Shown: one piece after another, positions 26,372 to 35,971 of the stretch
Layout: the number at the start of each line of letters is the position of its first letter
Numbering within the stretch: position 1 is the first letter of the stretch
Source of the DNA: a virus
Reading direction: 5' to 3' (one strand)
Length of the DNA stretch: 64,000 bases
IMG/VR virus record: IMGVR_UViG_3300032214_001462
Coordinates: 16,663-80,662 of that record
Program-made: the position numbers and the translations under genes
The notes under the pieces: generated by a model
Told to the model about the DNA's origin: nothing
Database searches by the model: none
What the model saw: the letters and a program-made list of their open reading frames with translations, nothing else

Positions 26372-27022
26372 ATGTCTCTAAATCCAAATGCTATCGCTGT
26401 AGCAAAACGCTTACAGGGCCTTGGTTTATCCACTGCACAAATTGCCGGTGTTCTTGGTAATTTTCAGTTGGAATCAGGGTTCAATCCACGCATCAATGAA
26501 GGCGGTAAAGTAGGCGCTCCTGCAGGCGCAGGTGGCTTTGGATTGGCACAATGGACGGGAGGCAGACAGAATGCACTCGTTAATTTTGCTAAGAAAAAAA
26601 AGCTTGATCCCGGCTCCATAGAAGCCCAAGCTGACTTCTTGGCTTATGAATTGCAGGGCCCTGAGAAACGTGCATTTGAATCCCTGAAAGGAGCTGTGTC
26701 TCCAGAGGAATCGGCAAGGCGTTTCTTGGTTGATTTTGAACGTGCTGGTGTTCCCAAAACGGATCAACGCCAGAAAGCAGCACGTTCTATTTACGAAAAG
26801 CTTGGGCAATTAGACCTTAATGCACAAGGTCAACAGCAGCAAAATCCACCCGCTGGGGCCGCACAAAAACCACAGAACACGCAACTTGCTGGCGAAAAAG
26901 ACCCCGTTCTTTTGATGATGGCACAACAGTTGGCTGCACCATTGATACAATCTTTGGTTCAGCCACAGCAAGCATCTCCGTTCAGTAAGTTCATGAACAT
27001 ATTTGGAATGGTGGGCCAATAA
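26372..27022 (+). CDS. phage tail lysozyme (Phage_lysozyme2-like)
   Basis: AGVLGNFQLESG...GFGLAQWT...FER. Confidence 0.85.
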   Translation: MSLNPNAIAVAKRLQGLGLSTAQIAGVLGNFQLESGFNPRINEGGKVGAPAGAGGFGLAQWTGGRQNALVNFAKKKKLDPGSIEAQADFLAYELQGPEKRAFESLKGAVSPEESARRFLVDFERAGVPKTDQRQKAARSIYEKLGQLDLNAQGQQQQNPPAGAAQKPQNTQLAGEKDPVLLMMAQQLAAPLIQSLVQPQQASPFSKFMNIFGMVGQ

Positions 27023-27055
27023 GTTCTATAATGTAAACAAATAGGAAGTAGAAAA

Positions 27056-27835
27056 TTGTCCTCCACCAGCTCGAACAAGCAGCCACTGTTAATTGATCGC
27101 CCGTTATTTGACTCTGTTCGAGTAACGACGCAGACGGTTGGTAGCGCTAGCGCAAGCACTATCTTTGTGCAAGGCGGACAAGCTCCATCAATCCTGGTGG
27201 ACATGGACGCTGATTTAAGTGAAGACAACAATAGTGGTGGCATTGTAGATTCCATTACGATTACTCGTAACGATTTCTATCGTGCTGCTGACTACACGGT
27301 GAATAGCGGCACATCTGGAACCGTTATTTCTCTCACCAGTGGTCAAATTGTTTTTGTTCAGCAGCCAGGCGTTGTTTCTCCTACACCAGCAAACGGTTAC
27401 GGTTATTACATCTACACAGGTGTTACAACACTGACAGGTGTTAATACTGCATTTAACTACAGCGGTGGCACTGCAACAGGCTTCCTCTACAACGGTTCTA
27501 ATTACGGCACTCAACCAGCAGTGACCTTTGTGTTTTACCACACCCGTGGCAAGACCGTACCTATTCCTGCATCTGGTGATTACCGCGTACTGTTCGCAAA
27601 AACAGTTCCAGCAAATAGTGGTACTGTCGATTGTTCCGACTTGATGCCGCAACTTGCAGCACCTGTTGCACAAGCAGGTAATACAAATGGCTTAGGTCCT
27701 ACTGCTCCGCTGCGTAATAAAGGCATCTACTTGGAGCGGGGCGACCGCATTTACGTTGGTGTATTCCCAGATGGTCCAAACGTCTCTGGCTATACACCAG
27801 GTGCTCACGTCATTGCACAAGGCGGCTTCTTCTAA
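27056..27835 (+). CDS. virion structural protein
   Basis: beta-rich Thr/Gly/Ser composition and position. Confidence 0.6.
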   Translation: MSSTSSNKQPLLIDRPLFDSVRVTTQTVGSASASTIFVQGGQAPSILVDMDADLSEDNNSGGIVDSITITRNDFYRAADYTVNSGTSGTVISLTSGQIVFVQQPGVVSPTPANGYGYYIYTGVTTLTGVNTAFNYSGGTATGFLYNGSNYGTQPAVTFVFYHTRGKTVPIPASGDYRVLFAKTVPANSGTVDCSDLMPQLAAPVAQAGNTNGLGPTAPLRNKGIYLERGDRIYVGVFPDGPNVSGYTPGAHVIAQGGFF

Positions 27836-27837
27836 AA

Positions 27838-29355
27838 ATGGCACCAAAAAGAGGAAGCTCTTTTGGTAATTTTGTTCAGTCGCCTGTAAATCCTCCTAAT
27901 GGAGTGAAGCCAATCACGACTGAATTCTCTAAGGGTTCAGTACCTGATTCGATCTATTCTGCAAATAGAGAATCAGCCTGGTCCCGGTGGCGACGTGGTT
28001 ACGAAATAGCAACAGCTACGTTTTACGACAACAGTTACGAATATCCTTTTCAATATGAGCTTCCAGCTAATTTTGGAAGCGGTGATGGAATGCCAGTGGT
28101 TTCTGGTACTTTTGTTGGGTTTCCGACAAAGAATAAAGAGATGGGAATGCACTGGGCAGGCTGGCGTTTTGCCGGTGCAATGCGCAGTGATCAATTGGTA
28201 GATCCAATCACTTCCGAAAGACTTTATATTGAATCCGTAACAGAAGATAAAGATAATTGGTATGTAAAGCTTGCTGGATCCTGGAGCGAATCAAATCCAT
28301 TGCCACCTTTGTTTTATGTGGAAGATCCGAACGTACCTGGTGGATTAACTCCGTTAAATTCTGAAATACTGGAAGATCGGGTTATCACACCTGGCGGTGA
28401 GATCATTGATAAAGATACGCTTAATCCAGAGACACAAAGAAGATATGGATACGTACAAGCTGTTCTCACTAACACAAATCAAACAACTGGCGTTTTAACT
28501 TTAATAAAAGCAGGCTCAATTCAAGTTACGCCTGACCAAGAGTATTTAACACCGTCACCAATAGGCTTTACACCAGGTCGTTATCTTATTACCGGCTCCA
28601 GGTTTTGCTGTTCTTGCCAGGACTTCACTCATCGTGATTACGCATTTATGCGTGACATCTCGAAAGGCAATAGAAAAATATTCCCTAGGAATAAAGTCTC
28701 CTACATAAAACCAGGTCGTTTTGAGTTAACACGTCGTGATGGCATATTAGATAACAATGCAATGACACCTGGGGATGTCAATAGAACTATGGAGGTTTAT
28801 GCACCCCCTGGCTACCAACTTCCACCAAATACTGCTAATAGTTTTGTAAAAGACAACATAGCAAGAGATAGCCCTGGCATCTATGCAGACTTTGGTGCAA
28901 CTTATATTAGGAGCACAACCGACCCTGGAACGCTTGGAGCAAAAGCAGAAGGCATGCCCAAGTTTGGCGACTACTCTTCTAATCAAGGAGAGATTACAGC
29001 ATTGACAGATAACTGGGAACCACTTCTTGATGAGTTGCGATACTGCAAACACATCTATGCACTTAAATTTGCAGATAATACATTCCCTCCTGAGCCTTCC
29101 GATTTCCCAGTTGGAAGAGATAGTATGGCTGATTGGGAGCAACGACTAGTAGATCAAACTGAAAATGAACAGCAATCACTTAAGGCAGCAAACTTAAATA
29201 GATTTTCTTTGTCCCAAATGGATGTGCCTCCATATAACTGCCAGACACCAATGATGATGCCAATGATGCAAAAACTGTTTAATGTTCCAACTGATTTAAT
29301 TCAGATGCAAGGTTTTACAATGTTTGACAAAGAAGGAAGACCTTACAAACCATAA
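27838..29355 (+). CDS. hypothetical protein with a split SWIM-type zinc finger
   Basis: CSCQDF ... YCKHIYA. Confidence 0.6.
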   Translation: MAPKRGSSFGNFVQSPVNPPNGVKPITTEFSKGSVPDSIYSANRESAWSRWRRGYEIATATFYDNSYEYPFQYELPANFGSGDGMPVVSGTFVGFPTKNKEMGMHWAGWRFAGAMRSDQLVDPITSERLYIESVTEDKDNWYVKLAGSWSESNPLPPLFYVEDPNVPGGLTPLNSEILEDRVITPGGEIIDKDTLNPETQRRYGYVQAVLTNTNQTTGVLTLIKAGSIQVTPDQEYLTPSPIGFTPGRYLITGSRFCCSCQDFTHRDYAFMRDISKGNRKIFPRNKVSYIKPGRFELTRRDGILDNNAMTPGDVNRTMEVYAPPGYQLPPNTANSFVKDNIARDSPGIYADFGATYIRSTTDPGTLGAKAEGMPKFGDYSSNQGEITALTDNWEPLLDELRYCKHIYALKFADNTFPPEPSDFPVGRDSMADWEQRLVDQTENEQQSLKAANLNRFSLSQMDVPPYNCQTPMMMPMMQKLFNVPTDLIQMQGFTMFDKEGRPYKP

Positions 29356-29466
29356 CAATTACTGTATACTTATATTAAGTCTCACGAGACTTATTAAGCT
29401 TTCCTTTACCCCTTGCGAGCAGAACCCACCGTTGGATATGGTGCGGTTACTTAGCTCATACCAAAC

Positions 29467-29889
29467 ATGAACCACCAACCGCCCCTGGATCAGCGGATTG
29501 TGGATGAGTATTTCCGCTTGGCATCTAGCAGAAAAACAAAAGACATTGCATGGCTTTATGCAATGGTAGCCACCTACGGCTTGACCCCAGAAGAATTGTC
29601 ATCTTTCGAATGGAGTGCCGAATACTCCATTTCAGTCCCAACTAAAAAAAGAGCAGTGCGCCCACTACATCCACAGTGGGTATTTTTGTTTAGCCTAAAA
29701 GAAAAGCAGCCCCGCGACCTGCAGAGCTGCTATGTACCCCTTTGTTCACACCTTTATGAAGCAATGGCTTTTCAGAATGTTGAACTCAACATTACTGATT
29801 TAATCCTTGCTCATAAGCTCCGGAAAAAGCACTACAAGCAAATCAAGCAGCCATCGGAATCATGCCTTGTTTTTGCAGGTGCTTTTTAA
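29467..29889 (+). CDS. truncated tyrosine-recombinase-like protein, probably inactive
   Basis: WLYAMVATYGLTPEE...VRPLHPQWV resembles cyanobacterial integrase box I (YGLRPHE) with Arg replaced. Confidence 0.5.
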   Translation: MNHQPPLDQRIVDEYFRLASSRKTKDIAWLYAMVATYGLTPEELSSFEWSAEYSISVPTKKRAVRPLHPQWVFLFSLKEKQPRDLQSCYVPLCSHLYEAMAFQNVELNITDLILAHKLRKKHYKQIKQPSESCLVFAGAF

Positions 29890-30061
29890 CAGCTGCTACA
29901 TTCCACTTGTAGCTGTCCCTGGACATGGTCCCAGGAAATGCCGCGAAATGGGGTCCAAGCTTTAAAGTGCCGTCATCACGGTACTTAAAGAGCGTTTTGC
30001 GTTCAATGCCAAGAAGTTCTTCTGCTTGCTGAGCAGAGACCCAGCCTGGATGCTTAGCCAT
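29843..30061 (-). CDS. excisionase/MerR-like HTH protein
   Basis: WVSAQQAEELLGIERKTLFKYRDDG; TTGACA-N16-TAGGTT upstream. Confidence 0.65.
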   Translation of the reverse strand: MAKHPGWVSAQQAEELLGIERKTLFKYRDDGTLKLGPHFAAFPGTMSRDSYKWNVAAVKKHLQKQGMIPMAA

Positions 30062-30197
30062 TGGAGTGGCGTTGATTACTCATACAACCTAACGCGAGTC
30101 AAGGCCCTGTCAATAGGTTTAATAAAGTTTTTATCTCTTTACTATGATCTTGTAGATATGTGGGGAAATTAGAATAAATTAACGGCAATCGAAGAGT

Positions 30198-30536
30198 ATG
30201 TTTTGCAACGAGCACGAGCCTCTCGCCCTGCTAGTTGAATTAACTCCAAAGCTTGCCAAGAAACGTTTTAGAGAAAGTATATATCAATCCTGGAACAATA
30301 AGTGTGGTTATTGTGGAGACAACGCAACAAGCCTTGATCACATCATTCCACGCTTTAAGTCGGGCTCATCTAATCGACATAATCTAATCCCTTGTTGCAG
30401 GAGGTGCAACGCACATAAGGGATCAGAAGAAATGCGGAGTTGGTTTGAAAAACAACCCTTCTTTTCTTCTGAAAACCTTGATAGGATTGAAGCCTGGATA
30501 AAGCAAGAATCCTTTTTTATTTTTGGTGAGTGTTAA
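30198..30536 (+). CDS. HNH endonuclease (McrA-like)
   Basis: CGYCG...SLDHIIP..KSG..NRHNLIPCCRRCN. Confidence 0.85.
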   Translation: MFCNEHEPLALLVELTPKLAKKRFRESIYQSWNNKCGYCGDNATSLDHIIPRFKSGSSNRHNLIPCCRRCNAHKGSEEMRSWFEKQPFFSSENLDRIEAWIKQESFFIFGEC

Positions 30537-30542
30537 AGAAAA

Positions 30543-33500
30543 ATGGCATTTTGGAATCCTCAGCAAGGCTGGCAAACTTACAACCTACCCGCCAACTTTA
30601 GGGTTGATTTTACGCCCGCTGAATTTGCTGGTGAGTTTCCTGCTAACTTCCCAACAAACTTTAAAGTCAATTTTACTCCTGGCGAATTTGCATCTGAGTT
30701 CCCTGCAGACTTAGCGACCAATTTAAAAACAAATTTTGTAGCTAATGATTTTGTTGCTCAGTTTCCAGCGGATAAACCAGATAAGCAAGTCGTTTACGTA
30801 ACTTTTACTGATAATGGTAATTCGGCAAGTATTAGCAAAGATAGCAGCCCTGGTTCAAAGGCAGTCACAATCAACGGTAACGCCCTTAATGCCGAACAAG
30901 CAATTGGCTCTGATACCTTTAAAAAATTAAAGGGATCCAACCCATTCATATTGCAGGGTATTTTTAATACAGTACAAAAGGCTGCAATTTCAAACCAGCA
31001 AGATATTGTTAAAAGATCAACAGAAGCAACTAAACAAAATAATACAAACAAAAAAACAAACGAGGACAACAAAGCGCTGAATGATCAAAACATTCAGAAA
31101 AGACAAGATAAAGCAAATCAATTAAATACTGAGAACCAGCAAAAGAACGAAGAGAACCAATTTAAAAACCAAGAAGCAACAAAGTTACAACAGCAAAAAG
31201 TTGATGAATTAAATGCAGAAGGAAGAGAGTTAAATGAAAAGAATACTGCAATTAATAGGTGGAGTCAGAACACTGTCAATCGCTTATCCATAGCACAAGA
31301 CGGCACTTATAAAAACAACGCAAATGCAATTGAGTCTGAAGAGCTAAGAGAGATTTTATCTCCAGAAGAATATTCAACTTATATCAATACTGCAAGTGAT
31401 TCATTTGATGGTTTTTATACTGCAAAAGTAATTACCAAGTGGGACCCAAAAACACAAGGTGCTCAGCCACCTGTTGGTGGTTTTGATCCGACTTATTATC
31501 GGACACAAACGCAAGGTGGTACTATTGCAGATGAGCAATGGAATGAAGCTTTAACAGCGGTCTCAATTAACGGTAGAGATAAACCAGATCTTGACATTGT
31601 AGGCAAATACGGAAATACAGATAACTATGCTTTCTTCTATTACACAACACAGGGCAAAGCCGCAGGTGATCGAGGCAATGCAGCGCAAAGGGCTGGTATT
31701 GCAGAGGACTACAGCGAAGCCCTAACCGATGCCGATTTCCAGCTTTATAGAGATAAAGTCCTCGGTTTATCGGATCGCTTTGATGACCTTCAAGATTGGA
31801 TCGACGCACAGGATCCGACAATCCTGGCAGAGTGGGTAAATAGCTTACCAGCGGATCAAAGGAGAGCTTTTAATGATGGAACTTTGCCCGTTCCAACCTT
31901 AGATAGCGTACCCGATCGTTTAAGAGGAAGAATTGTACTTGAGAAAGAAAAAACAATTTTAGAAGGAGAACTTGGCGCTGTTATTAACGCAAAAGATAAG
32001 CAACAGCAGCAGACTTTTGGCTCTTTAACCAGTGATTCGCTTAAGCAAGCGGCAGCTGAATTACAACGCGTACAAGCAAGCCAAACTCAGTTTGATTTCC
32101 TCAGTGGTCTTGAAGGCTTTAACGAAGTATTTTCAATCAATGAAAGTATTTCTAATTCAATCCTTGGTGATTCGGGAATCGGCGGCGTTCTCGGATTTGT
32201 AGCAAATACTGAACGTACCTCAGAAGGCTTAGAAAAATCCCTGGGAAACGTTACAGGCATTCCCAGTAGAAGCAATGCTGTTTATAACTGGCAGAAATGG
32301 TTCGATGATCAGCTATTAACACGTTACGGTGAAGGTGCTACTTTTCAAGATCCAACAGATCCCAACAACAAATTTACATTAGATGCGGAATTTGCTAAAG
32401 ATTATATTGAGCGTTATTTAAAGCCGCGTTTTGATAACTCAAAATCATTAACTGAGTTCATCAGCTATCTAGATGTAAAGCAAAACGAACAAAACATTTT
32501 CCAAACTCAAAGTGCATTGGATTCTTTGAGAGATATTGCAGACTTACGTGCACGTGCATTCCTTGATGGCGTTCGTGGACAAGATCCTTTAAACTTTGAC
32601 ACAAAGTTTTATTTTGATCCCACAGGCAACTTCTCGGCTGATGATCCTAAATTTGCAAGGTACGCAGAACAAAAATCTGAAGTCGCTAAAGATTGGGAAG
32701 ACGCCAGAACAAGAGGGGATACTGTAAAAGTTGACGGGCTTACCTGGAACCAATGGGCATACTTTTACGGACTTGACGTAAATGATCCAGATCAATTTGC
32801 AAAGCTTAATTACCAAGTCAAAGGTGCAGCAAAAGGTTTTGACCCTGCAAAAGATTTGATTACATTAAAAGACGCAGAGGACTATATTCAGAACACAATT
32901 ATTCCTGAAATTGCCAATGAAAAATTAAACATTGGCGATATTAGTTTTTTAAACTTTGTCACACCTGAAGAGTTTGCCGACAATCTACTCGAAGGTATTG
33001 ACCCAGAGAAACAAAAAGAAGAGTTCGATAAAGTACTTGAATCTCTGGGCTTAGGCGGTCAACAGTTAGGCATCGACGAAGTTAAGCAGTATATTGTTGA
33101 GGCATTTAGAACAGGTGCTGCAGAAAAGATCAGAGAATCAATCAAGTTCTTAAATGAAAAAAAACTAAAACCTACACAAGAAAGGCTTGGCGTTGATTAC
33201 ATTGAACGACCAGAAGATTTCAAACCAACCTCATCTCCGAACGAGACAGAGCTCTATAAGATATTCAGAAACGCTGGTTATCAAGGTAGCGAGGATGAGT
33301 TCTTTGATTCTTTCTTAACAGATGTAGATAGAGGTGAAGTTCAGTTATTAACACAAGGTCAAAAGGGTTTACAGCTTGGCGGAGCCTTTGCTGGGCTAAC
33401 AAGCAGAGATCCTTTTAAAGCCTTGTCTTCTATTGAAACTCTATTTCCAGATGACAAGCCGACAGGATTAAGTAGTAGAAGAGAAGCTGCTGCGCCTAGT

Positions 33501-33605
33501 TATTTTAGTATATTTACAGACAACAATAGAGCAGAAGACTTCAAGAGTGAAAGCGGCAAAAAGATACTTGGTGAATTCACTGCATTATTTAAAGGTGTTG
33601 ACTAA
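30543..33605 (+). CDS. large virion-associated protein
   Basis: 1020 aa; three N-terminal repeats of about 21 aa (NF.V.FTP.EFA.EFPA) then a coiled coil. Confidence 0.65.
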   Translation: MAFWNPQQGWQTYNLPANFRVDFTPAEFAGEFPANFPTNFKVNFTPGEFASEFPADLATNLKTNFVANDFVAQFPADKPDKQVVYVTFTDNGNSASISKDSSPGSKAVTINGNALNAEQAIGSDTFKKLKGSNPFILQGIFNTVQKAAISNQQDIVKRSTEATKQNNTNKKTNEDNKALNDQNIQKRQDKANQLNTENQQKNEENQFKNQEATKLQQQKVDELNAEGRELNEKNTAINRWSQNTVNRLSIAQDGTYKNNANAIESEELREILSPEEYSTYINTASDSFDGFYTAKVITKWDPKTQGAQPPVGGFDPTYYRTQTQGGTIADEQWNEALTAVSINGRDKPDLDIVGKYGNTDNYAFFYYTTQGKAAGDRGNAAQRAGIAEDYSEALTDADFQLYRDKVLGLSDRFDDLQDWIDAQDPTILAEWVNSLPADQRRAFNDGTLPVPTLDSVPDRLRGRIVLEKEKTILEGELGAVINAKDKQQQQTFGSLTSDSLKQAAAELQRVQASQTQFDFLSGLEGFNEVFSINESISNSILGDSGIGGVLGFVANTERTSEGLEKSLGNVTGIPSRSNAVYNWQKWFDDQLLTRYGEGATFQDPTDPNNKFTLDAEFAKDYIERYLKPRFDNSKSLTEFISYLDVKQNEQNIFQTQSALDSLRDIADLRARAFLDGVRGQDPLNFDTKFYFDPTGNFSADDPKFARYAEQKSEVAKDWEDARTRGDTVKVDGLTWNQWAYFYGLDVNDPDQFAKLNYQVKGAAKGFDPAKDLITLKDAEDYIQNTIIPEIANEKLNIGDISFLNFVTPEEFADNLLEGIDPEKQKEEFDKVLESLGLGGQQLGIDEVKQYIVEAFRTGAAEKIRESIKFLNEKKLKPTQERLGVDYIERPEDFKPTSSPNETELYKIFRNAGYQGSEDEFFDSFLTDVDRGEVQLLTQGQKGLQLGGAFAGLTSRDPFKALSSIETLFPDDKPTGLSSRREAAAPSYFSIFTDNNRAEDFKSESGKKILGEFTALFKGVD

Positions 33606-33904
33606 TGTCTGATAAAAGAAAGAAAGCTGTAAAAGCATCAAAGATTGCCAAGGACTCAATGCAATGCAATAAACCCCGCCGTACTCCCGGTCATCCAACA
33701 AAGAGCCATGTCGTGAAGGCTTGCGAAGGTGGTAAAGAAAAGATTATTCGTTTTGGCCAGCAAGGTGTAGAAGGTGCTGGTAAAAACCCAACAACAGCCA
33801 AGGACAAAGCACGCAAGAAGTCATACTACGCGCGACACAATGCTCAAGATGCTAATCCTGACAAGATGTCGGCAAGATACTGGTCCCATAAAGTAAAATG
33901 GTAG
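33605..33904 (+). CDS. small basic phage protein
   Basis: KIIRFGQ...RKKSYYARH...SARYWS..W pattern. Confidence 0.7.
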   Translation: MSDKRKKAVKASKIAKDSMQCNKPRRTPGHPTKSHVVKACEGGKEKIIRFGQQGVEGAGKNPTTAKDKARKKSYYARHNAQDANPDKMSARYWSHKVKW

Positions 33905-33920
33905 ATAAAACCAAACAGTA

Positions 33921-34172
33921 ATGGAATTAGCCGGAAAGTACACAGATTTAAAAAAATGGTCCGAAACGCCAGAAGCAACTGGAGGCGAGTACCCAACGTT
34001 AAAACAAGAATTGAATCGGCAATTAAACATTTTAAAAACATCGATTCCCGGATCAAAAGAAGCAGCACAAGCCATGATCACAATCAGTGAACTTCAAAAC
34101 ACAATTGCAATCGTTAAACAAAACACAAGTGCAATCCTTAAATCTGAAAACGGACTAAAAAATTATCTCTAA
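33921..34172 (+). CDS. hypothetical protein
   Basis: 83-aa ORF beginning MELAGKY. Confidence 0.55.
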   Translation: MELAGKYTDLKKWSETPEATGGEYPTLKQELNRQLNILKTSIPGSKEAAQAMITISELQNTIAIVKQNTSAILKSENGLKNYL

Positions 34173-34215
34173 GCCCGATAGGCTGCTAGACTGCGTGGGC
34201 TGATTTCTTACCAGA

Positions 34216-34338
34216 ATGGCAAAAACCAAAGCAACAGCTCTTCTAATCGAATCGAAGCCCAAAAAGACACGTCAAGGAGATGGCAAGCATTCACGTCCTA
34301 ATCACGGACGCAAACTATCTCGCGGTCAAGGTAAGTAA
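34216..34338 (+). CDS. 40-aa basic microprotein (not in ORF track)
   Basis: MAKTKATALLIESKPKKTRQGDGKHSRPNHGRKLSRGQGK. Confidence 0.6.
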   Translation: MAKTKATALLIESKPKKTRQGDGKHSRPNHGRKLSRGQGK

Positions 34339-34375
34339 TTTTTATGTATGATTGGGGGTAATAATATTTGCCCCC

Positions 34376-35041
34376 ATGTCAGATTTTTCTGCCGCAATCA
34401 ATATCATTAGAAAATACGAAGGCTTTAGCGAAAAGGCATACCCAGATCCTTGCACTGGAGGAGAACCTTATACGATCGGGTATGGCAGTCAATACTATCC
34501 AGACGGTGCGCCAGTACGTAAAGGACAGCTTTGCAGCAAACAAAAAGCATTGGAATATTTATTTCATGAAGTTAACGTCATTGATACTCAACTCGCAAAA
34601 TTAAATCTGGGCATTGACCACTCTATGCACCAGGCACTGATCTCATTCATTCATTCGATTGGGTGGGAGCCGTTCCTTTACAGCAACATTGTTGATTGTT
34701 TGGAAAGAGAAGACTTTTGCAGTGCCACAGAAGAGATGGGACGCTGGATCTTTGATGAAGACCATAAAGCTATTGGTGGCCTCCTGGATCGCAGGCGGGA
34801 AGAGATCACCTTATTCTTGCTGGATGTTGACGCAAACCCTTGGTCTTCTACAGAAGTCCTTCTGAAGGCTTTCCGGAACTACACTGCAGCACCCCATCAG
34901 GTACGTGCAATCCGGGCACTGGAAGAAAACATCAATCCCTATGTTCTTTCCGAATTTGCAAACAGTTTTTTAATTGGCCAAGAAACATGGGATTCTTTTT
35001 GGGATAACGAAGCAGAGTGTTTGTTTGATAGCTACGATTAG
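34376..35041 (+). CDS. GH24 lysozyme with a C-terminal accessory domain
   Basis: YEG...AYPD...YTIGYG...GLLDRRREE. Confidence 0.85.
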   Translation: MSDFSAAINIIRKYEGFSEKAYPDPCTGGEPYTIGYGSQYYPDGAPVRKGQLCSKQKALEYLFHEVNVIDTQLAKLNLGIDHSMHQALISFIHSIGWEPFLYSNIVDCLEREDFCSATEEMGRWIFDEDHKAIGGLLDRRREEITLFLLDVDANPWSSTEVLLKAFRNYTAAPHQVRAIRALEENINPYVLSEFANSFLIGQETWDSFWDNEAECLFDSYD

Positions 35042-35059
35042 AATAATTTCATCGAAAAC

Positions 35060-35359
35060 ATGCAAAGCGGAATGGAACGATCTGTCGAACCAAGGGAATT
35101 TGAGCTCCCACTTGAGCTTCAGTTTTCTATGCGCAAAGCAGAGCTTGCAGCCAAAGAGCTAACATGGGACGAACTCTATTGTGCACTTCTTAACCTGTAC
35201 CACCAGCGATTGATGGAGTGGTACGCAGTGAAAGCTTTGATGGAAGAGGAGAATGTTTCTATTGACTTTGATATGCCAACAGATTTGGAGCTAGCAGAAC
35301 TCGCCGCCGCATGTGCATACGACGACGAGGATGAGGAAGACGATCTTCAGCCGTTCTGA
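35060..35359 (+). CDS. nblA: NblA-like phycobilisome degradation protein with an acidic tail
   Basis: LPLELQFSMR...LTWDEL..ALLNLYHQRLM matches the NblA helical-hairpin pattern. Confidence 0.65.
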   Translation: MQSGMERSVEPREFELPLELQFSMRKAELAAKELTWDELYCALLNLYHQRLMEWYAVKALMEEENVSIDFDMPTDLELAELAAACAYDDEDEEDDLQPF

Positions 35360-35442
35360 GCCTCGTCTAATTCAATAAGGCGGTTCAGATACCACTGTGC
35401 TTTCTTCAGTGATTCTGTGCCGCCTTTGTGGCGTTCACGCCA
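35347..35442 (-). pseudogene. orphan alternative 3' end of the DUF3310 gene
   Basis: WRERHKGGTESLKKAQWYLNRLIELDEAQNG* with no start codon. Confidence 0.7.
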
Positions 35443-35473
35443 ATTTAAGCAGACCAAGTTTCCTTGGATACTG

Positions 35474-35971
35474 TTAGTACGTTTGAATCAGCCTCTTTAG
35501 GTACCATTCGCATTTTTGCAAGTCCTCTTTCGAGTTTCCTTTGAGATTACAACGCCAGAGGTACTTAATGCAATTTCCTTTGCAGTAACCACGAAATTCT
35601 TCGTTTGTTAAAGCTGCCTCAATAGCTTCAATGCACTCAATACTTCCATCTGCGTAGTGAGAAGGGCGATTGACAGCATCCCCCTGGATCACAGGAATTT
35701 GTTCTTTAGTGGCCCAGGGAACCGGGCACACGCCTCCAGGGCAATCACTGATTACTTCGTCAGTCACAGATAGATCTATCGGATCAAACCACGACGTTTT
35801 GCTGACAGCATCATCTCCTCCTCGTCCGGCTCTTCCAGTTCGATCACTAAGTTCTTCGGTCGCGGAGACGCTCCCATCGACAAGCCCTGCTCCATCGAAG
35901 GAATGTAACCCGTCGCTCCAAGTCGTGAGCCCTCGAGATTCAGTGGATTCCGCTCCAGCCCTTGTTCGCAT
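35474..35971 (-). CDS. DUF3310 (T7 gp1.7/SaV-like) protein; start uncertain
   Basis: DAVNRPSHY...IECIEAI...GYCKGNCIKYLWR...EDLQKCEWYL. Confidence 0.8.
   Translation of the reverse strand: MRTRAGAESTESRGLTTWSDGLHSFDGAGLVDGSVSATEELSDRTGRAGRGGDDAVSKTSWFDPIDLSVTDEVISDCPGGVCPVPWATKEQIPVIQGDAVNRPSHYADGSIECIEAIEAALTNEEFRGYCKGNCIKYLWRCNLKGNSKEDLQKCEWYLKRLIQTY

Noticed and set aside
29356-30197. Functional lysogeny module or attP
   Set aside because: The integrase-like ORF is truncated and lacks the catalytic Arg; no att core can be identified without the host sequence
35437-35557. T4 gene 60-type translational bypass between matched TGG-CGT codons
   Set aside because: No stop codon right after the take-off site, and the inserted segment itself encodes a complete homologous C-terminus
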